Shown piece by piece: positions 35,035 through 43,480 of a stretch of DNA of 64,000 bases (its first letter is position 1; each line of letters begins with the position of its first letter). The DNA comes from an uncultured Syntrophaceae bacterium (GTDB taxonomy: Bacteria; Desulfobacterota; Syntrophia; Syntrophales; UBA5619): assembly GCA_964637025.1 (NCBI GenBank), contig CAZWTL010000001.1, forward strand, positions 81,701 through 145,700. The letters are read 5' to 3'. The notes beneath the pieces are model-generated. The model was not told where the DNA came from. It ran no database searches and saw only the letters and a program-made list of their open reading frames with translations. The position numbers and the translations under genes were made by a program.

Positions 35035-36936
35035 TCAAGCCGCCTGCCCCTGATCCCGTTTCCGTGTGGTCCACCACCAACCCAGAAAGGCCAGCGTCAT
35101 GCCCAAAGCCGCGATCAGGGTGAGGGGCTGGCTCGCCAGTTCCCGGTGGGCGGCCAGGAGGATCCCCCCCACGGTCGCCGCTGCCATGGCGGCCCTCTCA
35201 AACCCGTTGAGCATCCTGATGAAGAAACCGCTCACCGCCGCGGACAGGAAGGTGACGGAAATGATGATCAGCAGCAGCACGGCCACGGTTTCGAACACGC
35301 CCCCCCGCAGGAGCAGCGCGTGGTTGAAGACGAAGATATAGGGGATCGTGAAGGCCACGATGGCCATCTTGAAGGCCTCGAAGCCCGTCTGCAGCGGCTT
35401 GGCGCCCGCGATGGAGGCGGCGCAGTAGGCCGGAATGCAGACCGGCGGGGTCACTTCGGCCAGGATGGAGAAGTAGAATACGAAGAGGTGCGCCGCCAGC
35501 AGGTTGATCCCCAGGGCCACCAGGGCCGGGCCGCCGATCGTGATGGCGACGATGTAGGCCGGGGTGCAGGGCATGCCCATGCCCAGGATCAGCGAGGTGA
35601 CCATGATCAGCATCATGGCCGGCAGCAGATGGCCGCCCGACCAGTTGGTGATCACCGTGGCGATGCCCAGGGCCAGTCCCGTGTGGGTGACGATGGCGAC
35701 GATCATGCCGGCGCCGGCGCAGGCCAGGGCGATCATGACCATGTTCCTTCCGGCCGACTGCAGGGCTTCCCATGTTTTTCTCGGGGTCATGGCCGTCTTC
35801 TTCTTGCAGAAGCTGATCACGTAGGACATGGCAATGGCCCCCATGGCCGCCATGAAGACCGAAAACCCGGCGATGAGCAGCCCCATGAGTCCGAACAGGG
35901 GGATGAGCAGATAGGAATCCTTGATGATGGTCGGCAGGGGCACCATCATGTCCTCCTCCTTCATCCCCTTGAGGGCGTCCCGGACGGCGATGAAGTGGAC
36001 CCGGATGGCCAGGCTCGTGTAGTAGGCGATCGCCGGCAGAGCCGCCGCCACGCAGATGTCGAGATAGGGAATGCCCGTGATCTCGGACATCACGAAGGCG
36101 CCGGCCCCCATGATCGGCGGCATGTACTGACCGCCGCTGGAGGCAACCGCCTCCACCGCGCCCGCGAACTGGGGTCGGTAGCCCAGCCGCTTCATCATGG
36201 GGATGGTGAAGGTACCCGTCGCGTAGACGTTGGCCGCGGCCACACCGCTGATCGATCCGAAAAAGGCACTGCTGACGACCGCGACCTTGGCTGGACCCCC
36301 CCGGCTCTTGCCGGTCAGACGGCAGGCGAGGTCCGTGAAGAACTTGCCCGTCTGGGTTCCCTCCATGATGGACCCGAAGATGACGAAGAGGGCCACGAAC
36401 GTGGCGGAAATTCCCGTGATGGAACCGTAGATGCCCGAGTCCGTCAGCATGTACTCCATCTCGATCAGTTCGGAGATGGGCAGTGGCTTGCAGTAGAAGA
36501 CGCCTGAAAAATGGGGCGCTGCAAAGACGTAGACGAAAAAGCTGCAGATCAGGATGGTCATGGCGGGGACAACGGCCCTGCGGATCGCTTCGAGGATCAG
36601 GATGATGTTCAGGGCTCCCAGCGCCACCTGAAGCGGCGTCAGGGGATCGACGAATTCAAACCGAGAGCTTAAATCGCCGTTATTGAAAATGATGTAGAGG
36701 GCCGGAACGAGCGACAGGAAGGCCAGGATCCAATCATAAACGGGAATCCGGTCCGGCGCCGATTTCTTGGTCGCCGGAAACAGGACGAAGGCCATCGGCA
36801 GCAGGAAAAGCAGATGGACCCCGCGCTGAATGCGGGGCTGCATGATGCCGAAGGTTGCCGTATAGAGGGCGAAGACCGAAACCGCCGACAACCAGATCCC
36901 GATCGCGTTTTTTTTCCAACCCGATAGTGTTCTCAA
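35035..36936 (-). CDS. TRAP transporter fused permease (4TM/12TM, TAXI-associated type)
   Basis: 633 aa and highly hydrophobic throughout. It lies directly downstream of a TAXI-type binding protein gene. Confidence 0.85.
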   Translation of the reverse strand: MRTLSGWKKNAIGIWLSAVSVFALYTATFGIMQPRIQRGVHLLFLLPMAFVLFPATKKSAPDRIPVYDWILAFLSLVPALYIIFNNGDLSSRFEFVDPLTPLQVALGALNIILILEAIRRAVVPAMTILICSFFVYVFAAPHFSGVFYCKPLPISELIEMEYMLTDSGIYGSITGISATFVALFVIFGSIMEGTQTGKFFTDLACRLTGKSRGGPAKVAVVSSAFFGSISGVAAANVYATGTFTIPMMKRLGYRPQFAGAVEAVASSGGQYMPPIMGAGAFVMSEITGIPYLDICVAAALPAIAYYTSLAIRVHFIAVRDALKGMKEEDMMVPLPTIIKDSYLLIPLFGLMGLLIAGFSVFMAAMGAIAMSYVISFCKKKTAMTPRKTWEALQSAGRNMVMIALACAGAGMIVAIVTHTGLALGIATVITNWSGGHLLPAMMLIMVTSLILGMGMPCTPAYIVAITIGGPALVALGINLLAAHLFVFYFSILAEVTPPVCIPAYCAASIAGAKPLQTGFEAFKMAIVAFTIPYIFVFNHALLLRGGVFETVAVLLLIIISVTFLSAAVSGFFIRMLNGFERAAMAAATVGGILLAAHRELASQPLTLIAALGMTLAFLGWWWTTRKRDQGQAA

Positions 36937-37068
36937 TGAACCCTCTCCATTCGTTTTCCGTTCCGTTTCTTCCTCAGCCGGTGGGGACGCGAACCGGACC
37001 GGGACGGGATGCGGGAAGGGGCCCGCATCTCCATCCGCGATCCTCAGCGGTCGAATCGTTTGCCGACG

Positions 37069-38106
37069 CTACTTCATGAAGCCGGCTTCCCTGTAGAACT
37101 TCTCCGCGCCGGGATGGAGGGGAACGGCGACGTGAAGCCAGCCTTTTTCCGCAATGAAGGTTGCGTTGGCGTTGTTGATCTTGTGAAGTTCGGGAATGTT
37201 CCGGCAGAGGATCTTGGTGATGGCGTAGACGACGTCGTCGGCGACGGCCTTGCCGACCAGGAGTTCGCCGGTGCTCACCACGGTGGGGACATCCTCGGCC
37301 TGACCTTTGTAGGTCCCCTTGTGGATGATCTGATGGCCCGAATCCGTCCCCAGGGTGCCCAGGTCCTTGGCGAGCTTGTCGATGCAGGCGTTGGAGACGG
37401 CCAGAACGACGCTGGGCCGGCTGACGAACATCTCGGTGATCGCGGCGGCCGGCAGGGCCAGATGGGTGAAGACGAAGTCCACGTGCCGGTCCTGGTAGAG
37501 GCTGGTCATGTCGGCGTAGACGGCCTGATGGACCTTCCCGCCGGCCTTCTTGATGGCGTCCAGCGAGATGCCGTAGAAGGCCAGGACATTTTCGATGAGG
37601 GGCAGATCGGAGGTCCCCTTCATGGGCGCGGCCACACTCACGGCCTTGCCGGCCTTGACCTGATCGGCCAGTTCCGCGACTGTCTTGATTCCCTTGTCCT
37701 GGGCCGCCACGAAGTGGACATAGTAGGTTCCGAAGATGCCGCCGATGGCCCGGACATTGGGATTGGGTTTTTCGAAGAGGGGGGCCATGCCGGTGTAGGC
37801 CATCTTGTCCACGAAGGTGATGCCCCATCCGAGATCGTCCTTGCCTCCGGAAACGCGGACCGGATTGACCATGCCGCCCCCGGGGACGACCTTGACCACG
37901 ATCTTGGGCTCCTTCTCCGTGATCATCCGGGCGATTCCGCCGGCCTGGACATACCAGCCCCCGCCGACCCCGCCGGCGACCCAGCTCAGGGTGGTCGGCT
38001 TCAACTCCTCTGCGGCCGACACCGTCTCCGTTCCTGCCGCCATCAGCAGCATCAACGACATGACCACCAGGACAGCAAAACAGCCTTTGCGCAGATATGC
38101 CTTCAT
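37069..38106 (-). CDS. TAXI-family TRAP transporter solute-binding protein
   Basis: Signal peptide 'MKAYLRKGCFAVLVVMSLMLLMAAG'. 'TLSWVAGGVGGGWYVQAGGIARMI' and 'HPGAEKFYREAGF' are characteristic of TAXI receptors. Confidence 0.85.
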   Translation of the reverse strand: MKAYLRKGCFAVLVVMSLMLLMAAGTETVSAAEELKPTTLSWVAGGVGGGWYVQAGGIARMITEKEPKIVVKVVPGGGMVNPVRVSGGKDDLGWGITFVDKMAYTGMAPLFEKPNPNVRAIGGIFGTYYVHFVAAQDKGIKTVAELADQVKAGKAVSVAAPMKGTSDLPLIENVLAFYGISLDAIKKAGGKVHQAVYADMTSLYQDRHVDFVFTHLALPAAAITEMFVSRPSVVLAVSNACIDKLAKDLGTLGTDSGHQIIHKGTYKGQAEDVPTVVSTGELLVGKAVADDVVYAITKILCRNIPELHKINNANATFIAEKGWLHVAVPLHPGAEKFYREAGFMK

Positions 38107-38228
38107 CGTCTCCTCCTCCGTCTCTGTTGTGAAAAAAGTTTCAGTAAAAATGCGCCTCGAACGGTCGTGTCCGCTTCAACCATATTCGGCCGAAAAATTC
38201 AACCGTTCAGATGAGCGATCCCCTCCTG

Positions 38229-39944
38229 TCATTGACCGACCCGCTTCTCGGCCGCCCGGTGCCAGGTGTAGACCGGCGGCAGTTGATCCACCTCCGTCTC
38301 CGAGAGGACGTCCAGGAAAACCGGGCCGTGCTGTGCAAAGGCCTCGTCCAGGCCGCTCTCCAGTTCCGCGGCCGTTCGGATCTCGAGGGCCTTCACCCCG
38401 AATCCTCTGGCCACCATGGCCGGATGTCCCGGGGTAAAATCCACGGACAGGTATTTTTCGTTGCTGTGGAGTTTCTGCAGGCACTTGATCCATCCGAACA
38501 TGCCGTTGTTGAAATGGATCAGCACGGCGGGGATGTTCAACCGGGCCAGGGTTTCCAGCTCTCCGGCGGACATGCCGAGGCTGCCGTCCCCGAAAAGCCC
38601 GATCAACCGCGCGTCCGGCCGGGCGAAGTGGGCCCCGACAACGGCGGGGATCGCGTAGCCCAGGCCGCCGTAGGCCCGGGGGATGAGGAACCGGGAGCCG
38701 TTGCCCTTGAGTTTCAGGTAGCGGGCGGTGTAGGGGGTCGGTGTGCCCGCGTCGGCGATCACCACGGAGACGCCGGGCATCCTCCGGTTGAGAGCGGCGA
38801 TGATCCGCTGAGGCTTCAGCGGGATCGCGTCGGACGCGAACTCGGCCTCGGCGGCCTCCCAGAACCGCCCCCTTTCAACGTTCAGGCGGATGATCCTGTC
38901 CGATCCCGTGCGCCGGGGCGTCCTGGCCCGGATCAGGACCGACAGGTCCTCCATGATCAGCCTGGCGTCGCCGGCGACGCTCAGGGTGTTCTGGTAATTG
39001 TTGCCCAGCATTTCCGGATTCAGATCGATCTGGATGATCTTCCGGTCCGGTCTGCGGGACGGCATCGACCAGTTGATGGTGGAAACGGAGCCCATCTTGC
39101 AGCCCACGTAGAGGAGGACATCGCTCTCCTCGACCGCCTGGTGCGCATGCGGGTGGAATCCGTTGTCGCCGATCACGCCGAGGGCCAGGGCATGGTCGTC
39201 GGCAATCACCCCCTGGCCTGAAATGGTCGTCACCACCGGGATCGCGAGCCATTCCGCGAGATCCGCGATGGCCTGGCCCGCCTGTGAATGGTTGGCCCCG
39301 CCCCCGGCCACGATGATCGGCCTCTCGGCCCGGATGAGGTCATCCGCGGTCTTCTCCAACTCCCCGCGGGCCCCGCGGGTGCGGTAGGCGGGATAGGTCG
39401 CGCACTCCTCTTCGGCGTAGAGGGCGTCCCCGCCGGCGGGAAGCTCCCCGGTCATGACCTCCTTGGGAAAGGCCAGATGGATCGCCCCGGGACGCCCGGT
39501 GGTGGCGATCCGGAAGGCGCGCCGGACCGCTTCCGGGATCTTCCCGGCGCTTTTGAGGACGCTGGACCACTTGGTGATGGAGTCGAAAAGCTTCTGGCAG
39601 TCGAGTTCCGTGATGGTCTGCTTGCCTTCGCCGGCGAGGGCGATGTCGGAGGTGATCAGGATGACCGGGATGGAGGAGGCGTTCGCCTCGGCGATGCCCG
39701 GCACCGAGTAGAGCGGCCCCGCCCCGCTGGGGCATTCGCAGATCCCGGGTTTGTGCGCGAGCCGCGCATAGGCGTCGGCCATGAACGAGGCCGACCGCTC
39801 GTCCCGGGCCAGGATATGCCGGATGGCCGGGGCCGCGTTGTGGAGCGCTTCGTACAGGGGCAGGCTGGTATCCCCGGGAACGCCGAATATCAGCTCCACC
39901 CGGTAGGCCTTCAGCATTTCGACCAATGCCTGGGCGCCGTTCAT
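38229..39944 (-). CDS. Thiamine-pyrophosphate enzyme, acetolactate-synthase-large-subunit-like
   Basis: Has 'MNGAQALVEMLKAYRVELIFGVPGD' and the TPP motif 'GDGSLGMSAGELETLARLNIPAVLIHFNNG'. RBS GGGAGG precedes the start. Confidence 0.85.
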   Translation of the reverse strand: MNGAQALVEMLKAYRVELIFGVPGDTSLPLYEALHNAAPAIRHILARDERSASFMADAYARLAHKPGICECPSGAGPLYSVPGIAEANASSIPVILITSDIALAGEGKQTITELDCQKLFDSITKWSSVLKSAGKIPEAVRRAFRIATTGRPGAIHLAFPKEVMTGELPAGGDALYAEEECATYPAYRTRGARGELEKTADDLIRAERPIIVAGGGANHSQAGQAIADLAEWLAIPVVTTISGQGVIADDHALALGVIGDNGFHPHAHQAVEESDVLLYVGCKMGSVSTINWSMPSRRPDRKIIQIDLNPEMLGNNYQNTLSVAGDARLIMEDLSVLIRARTPRRTGSDRIIRLNVERGRFWEAAEAEFASDAIPLKPQRIIAALNRRMPGVSVVIADAGTPTPYTARYLKLKGNGSRFLIPRAYGGLGYAIPAVVGAHFARPDARLIGLFGDGSLGMSAGELETLARLNIPAVLIHFNNGMFGWIKCLQKLHSNEKYLSVDFTPGHPAMVARGFGVKALEIRTAAELESGLDEAFAQHGPVFLDVLSETEVDQLPPVYTWHRAAEKRVGQ

Positions 39945-39998
39945 GTCGACCTCCCTGCAGCAGGTGCTTTATCGCTTGATCGATGAGTGGAGAAACTC

Positions 39999-40012
39999 AA
40001 CCGGATCCGGTT
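39999..40012. promoter_or_regulatory. Perfect 14-bp palindrome AACCGGATCCGGTT in the leader of the ten-gene operon
   Basis: It lies between the predicted -10 (40025-40030) and the TPP-enzyme ATG (39944). It could be a second operator or a 5'-UTR hairpin. Confidence 0.35.
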
Positions 40013-40024
40013 CACTGGGCCGCT

Positions 40025-40053
40025 ATCGTATGGAAACGGTCTTTCCATGTCAA
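40025..40053 (-). promoter_or_regulatory. Sigma70 promoter of the ten-gene operon with an embedded operator-like inverted repeat
   Basis: On the minus strand: TTGACA (40053-40048), 17 nt spacer, TACGAT (40030-40025). The spacer is spanned by the 7-bp inverted repeat ATGGAAA-N5-TTTCCAT (40030-40048). Confidence 0.6.
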
Positions 40054-40097
40054 GACAAATGAGGCCCTTCGAAAAGAAGGCTGCAAAAAATTAATTC

Positions 40098-40126
40098 TTG
40101 ACATCTGTGGTTTTAAGGTTTATGAA
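40098..40126 (+). promoter_or_regulatory. Sigma70 promoter (divergent from the operon promoter)
   Basis: TTGACA (40098-40103), 17 nt spacer, TATGAA (40121-40126), in an AT-rich island. Confidence 0.5.
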
Positions 40127-40132
40127 TCTCTT

Positions 40133-40197
40133 GACTTTTTTGGTTTCGGTTTTGGCAGCGCTACCCAGAGCCCGTAAAAAGGCTTCTGGGTTTTTTT
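40133..40197 (+). ncRNA. Candidate ~65-nt small RNA or terminator-attenuator leader of rhlE
   Basis: Bounded by the promoter at 40098-40126 and an intrinsic terminator ending at 40197. The body is U-rich (CUUUUUUGGUUUCGGUUUUGG). The 5' end is inferred, not observed. Confidence 0.35.
40164..40197 (+). terminator. Rho-independent terminator
   Basis: CCCAGAGCC (40164-40172) pairs with GGCTTCTGGG (40181-40190), 9 bp with one bulged T and an 8-nt loop. It is followed by TTTTTTT (40191-40197). Confidence 0.7.
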
Positions 40198-40336
40198 ATG
40201 CGCGGACCCGGCCGAAGGAACACGGGAGTCCAGAGGGCCGCCAGAAGCCGGGCGCCATGGGCCAATCGGCGCATCGCCCTTCCCCGGCGGACGGACCGCA
40301 GGACAGGCCGGAATTTACATCATGCAAAGGAAAATA

Positions 40337-41659
40337 ATGAATTTCAAAGCGTTTCATCTTCACACCGCCATCGAATCGTCCATCCGGGATGTCGGATATG
40401 ACATCCCGACACCGATCCAGCGTCAAGCCATTCCCCCCATCGTCCAGGGCAAAGATCTCATCGGCATTGCCCAGACCGGCACGGGGAAGACGGCCGCTTT
40501 TGTTTTGCCCATCCTGAATCGCCTGATGGGGCGTCCGCGAAAGCAGCCGCGGGCCCTGATCCTCGCTCCGACACGGGAGCTCGCGGAACAGATCCATGAG
40601 GCCATCGTCGCGCTGGGCCGGGGGACGGGGCTCAAGAGCGTCGCCGTTTACGGCGGGGTGAACAAGAATCCTCAGATCCAAAAGCTGCGGGACGGAGCGG
40701 AAATCGTCGTGGCCTGTCCGGGACGCCTGCTCGATCTCGCGGATCAAGGGGCCGTCCGTTTTGCCGATCTGGAATTTCTCGTGATCGACGAGGCGGACCG
40801 CATGCTGGACATGGGGTTTCTGCCCGATATCCGGAAGATCGTGAAGCGGCTGCCCGCGAAGCGTCAAACCCTCCTCTTTTCCGCAACCATGCCCGAGGAT
40901 ATCCGGAGGCTGGCGGAGTCGATTCTTCATGAACCGGCAATCGTCCGGGCCGGCGACGGGACCCCGGTGTCCACGGTTTCCCATGCCGTCTATCCGGTCG
41001 AGCCGCATCTCAAGACCCCTCTTTTGATGAAGCTGATCGCAGGGACGGACACGGAGTCGGTCCTTGTGTTCACCCGGACGAAGCACCGCACGAAGAGCGT
41101 GGCCGCAAAGATGCAAAAGGCGGGATTCGCCGTGGCCTCGCTTCAGGGCGACCTCTCCCAGAACAGGCGCCAGGCGGCCATCGAAGGGTTTCGAAGCGGG
41201 AAATACAGGGTCCTCGTGGCCACCGACATCGCCGCCCGGGGGATCGACGTCACCCGGATATCGCATGTCATCAATTACGATATGCCCGATACCGTGGAAA
41301 CCTACACCCACAGGATCGGCCGCGCGGGGAGGGCGGAGAGGACCGGCGACGCCTTCACGCTGGCAACGCCACAGGATCGGCCTTTCCTGAGCGGCATCGA
41401 GAGCATGCTCGGCGGAAAAATCGAAAGGCGCACCCTGGAGGGCTTCGACTACGCCGCGCCGGCGCCGGCCGGCAGCAGCTCCTCGGGCCGAATGCCCTCC
41501 TTCAGCGACTCCGGGTTTCCGACCAGGGCGTCTCGTCGCGCTCCGGGGGCCATGGGTTGCCGTTCGTCCCGGCACAGTCCCGCGGCCAAGGGCGCCCGCA
41601 ACGCCCCGCGGTCTTTGGAGGGATTCCCTGTGTCGAACCGTTCATTCCGAGCCAAATAG
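40337..41659 (+). CDS. rhlE: DEAD-box ATP-dependent RNA helicase with basic C-terminal tail
   Basis: Q-motif 'TPIQRQAIP', motif I 'AQTGTGKTAAF', motif II 'VIDEADRMLDMGF', motif III 'SAT', motif VI 'HRIGRAGRA'. ATG 40337 is preceded by AAGGAAA. Confidence 0.9.
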   Translation: MNFKAFHLHTAIESSIRDVGYDIPTPIQRQAIPPIVQGKDLIGIAQTGTGKTAAFVLPILNRLMGRPRKQPRALILAPTRELAEQIHEAIVALGRGTGLKSVAVYGGVNKNPQIQKLRDGAEIVVACPGRLLDLADQGAVRFADLEFLVIDEADRMLDMGFLPDIRKIVKRLPAKRQTLLFSATMPEDIRRLAESILHEPAIVRAGDGTPVSTVSHAVYPVEPHLKTPLLMKLIAGTDTESVLVFTRTKHRTKSVAAKMQKAGFAVASLQGDLSQNRRQAAIEGFRSGKYRVLVATDIAARGIDVTRISHVINYDMPDTVETYTHRIGRAGRAERTGDAFTLATPQDRPFLSGIESMLGGKIERRTLEGFDYAAPAPAGSSSSGRMPSFSDSGFPTRASRRAPGAMGCRSSRHSPAAKGARNAPRSLEGFPVSNRSFRAK

Positions 41660-41822
41660 GGCGCGCCGCGCCCGGATCGGCCGTTTCTTCGATTCCCCTG
41701 TCCGGGCGGGATCGAAAGCGACCCAAGACGGCAGCGTGCGGGGAGGCCCGCTCCGCACGGGCCCGGATAGACGGCGGCGGAAGTCAAGGGCCTGTTTTCA
41801 ATCTTTTGGAGAAGGAGACGCC

Positions 41823-42122
41823 ATGAACATTTACGTAGGGAATCTGTCGTACAACGTCACGGAGGGAGATTTGCAGCAGGCCTTTGCCGCCTTCGGACAA
41901 GTTGCGTCCGTGTCCATCATCAAGGATCAATTCAGCGGCCAGTCCAAAGGATTCGGCTTCATCGAAATGCCGGTCAAGGAAGAGGCCCAGGCGGCCATCG
42001 CGGGCATGAACGGCAAGATGATGAACGACCGGGCTTTGAATGTGAACGAGGCCCGTCCCCGTGCCGACCATCAGCGGGGGAGAGGCGGACAAGGCCGATC
42101 AGGGGGCAGATCCCGCTATTAG
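41823..42122 (+). CDS. RRM-type RNA-binding protein with RGG tail
   Basis: Has 'MNIYVGNLSYNVTEGDLQQAF' (RNP2), 'KGFGFIEM' (RNP1), and the tail 'RGRGGQGRSGGRSRY'. Confidence 0.9.
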   Translation: MNIYVGNLSYNVTEGDLQQAFAAFGQVASVSIIKDQFSGQSKGFGFIEMPVKEEAQAAIAGMNGKMMNDRALNVNEARPRADHQRGRGGQGRSGGRSRY

Positions 42123-42226
42123 ACGATCGTCTGCCCGCCCGATGACGCACGCCTCCGCTGACGGACGGCGGCATCGAGGGATGGACGGGCCGTCGGCGTA
42201 TCCACCAGGCGGATCAGGATCACGGA

Positions 42227-42916
42227 TCAACGGGACGCTTTGCCGGATGAGGCGGATGGGGCGGGGTGCGCCCTCAGTGAGGGGCTCATGATCCGTTCCA
42301 ACTCCTGCCGCTGGCGTTCAAAGGCGTCCGGGTCTTCGGCCGCCGCGGTTTCGATGATCTCCCCGAAGGAAATGACGACCCTGGCAAAGGGCTTGGGCAG
42401 AAAGAAACGGTCCCAGCTGCTGAAATACCAGGCCCGGTCGGCGGAGGTGTAAAACGGAACGATGACCGCGTCGGCGGCGCGGGCCAGTTGAATCACGCCG
42501 GCCTTGACGATCCCCGCCGGTCCCTTGGGGCCGTCAACGATGTGGCCCGCCATGCCGGACTCGCGCAAACGGCCGACCATTTCCTTCAGGGCTGCCCTGC
42601 CGTTCCGCGACGAAGAGCCTCGAACCGCATGCCAGCCGCTCCTCCGGGCGACGTCGGCGATGATCTCCCCGTCGGCGCTTTGGCTGATCATCAGGGCGGG
42701 CTTGAAGGGCCCATAGGTCTGGAAATGGCGAATCGCGGGAAAGAACTGCTGATGCCAGGTGCACAGGACCACCCGGCCGCCTCTGGCCAGATGTTCCATC
42801 CAGGGTTTTTCGTTTTCGACCCTGAGCCTGAAGGTGGAGCTGTAGAGGCGAATGAAATGGTAGAGAAAGAGGCGGAACGCCTTGGTTCCGACGATCCGAC
42901 CGAATAGGGCTTTCAT
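42227..42916 (-). CDS. DUF374 / lysophospholipid-acyltransferase-like protein
   Basis: 'VVLCTWHQQFFPAI...ALMISQSADGEIIADVARRSGWHAVRGSSSRNGRAALKEM' matches the DUF374 family as I remember it. Confidence 0.7.
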   Translation of the reverse strand: MKALFGRIVGTKAFRLFLYHFIRLYSSTFRLRVENEKPWMEHLARGGRVVLCTWHQQFFPAIRHFQTYGPFKPALMISQSADGEIIADVARRSGWHAVRGSSSRNGRAALKEMVGRLRESGMAGHIVDGPKGPAGIVKAGVIQLARAADAVIVPFYTSADRAWYFSSWDRFFLPKPFARVVISFGEIIETAAAEDPDAFERQRQELERIMSPSLRAHPAPSASSGKASR

Positions 42917-43480
42917 CTGTCGCTTTTTCAGATCCTTGTCCGCCTTGAATCCCGTGAGCCTGCCGGCGGCTGTGCCGGCGACCGCAACGGTCCGTGAAAT
43001 TCCTGCCTGCAGGGGATTTCCCCTCCTGACGCCCGATGCCCCTTCCCCTCAAGGCCGCGGCGTCCCCTTTGACCGCCTTCCCGATGGCCGCCGACTCCGC
43101 TTCCTTTCCGGTCCGCGCGACACCGCCTGGCCTATATCCTGTCGCGCGTCACAAAGCAATCGAAATGAAGGCCGGGAAGGGTCGTGGCCTCCACTCGGGC
43201 TTCGCCATCGAAACGGGCGGTCGCCGCGATTCGAAAGTCCCGGCGGCCTGGCGGGGCCATCCGGCCGTTTCCCGACCGGAGCCCATGCGTTCCTCAGGGA
43301 TCGTTGCGCCGGCCCAGGGTCTTGGCGGGGCGATGCCGGGGCCGCATCCGGCCTTGCGTGCCGATCTCCTTGTTAAATCGGGGGCGTTGTTGTAAAGTGG
43401 CGCCGTGCTGCAAGAGGGTTTCACATGGCCGCGGCCGTCGTTCCGAAGGCCGATCTGACACGATAAAAGGAGACTTCACC

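Noticed and set aside
40098-40337. 79-aa ORF in the rhlE upstream region
   Set aside because: Its TTG start is the -35 hexamer of a good promoter, and the ORF runs straight through an intrinsic terminator with a T7 tract. It is more likely non-coding.
43225-43265. 'GATTCGAAAGTCCCGGCGG' reminiscent of a tRNA T-loop / RNase P P4 'GGAAAGUCCGGGC' motif
   Set aside because: The surrounding sequence does not fold into a T-arm/acceptor or match the other RNase P conserved regions. The similarity is limited to a few bases.
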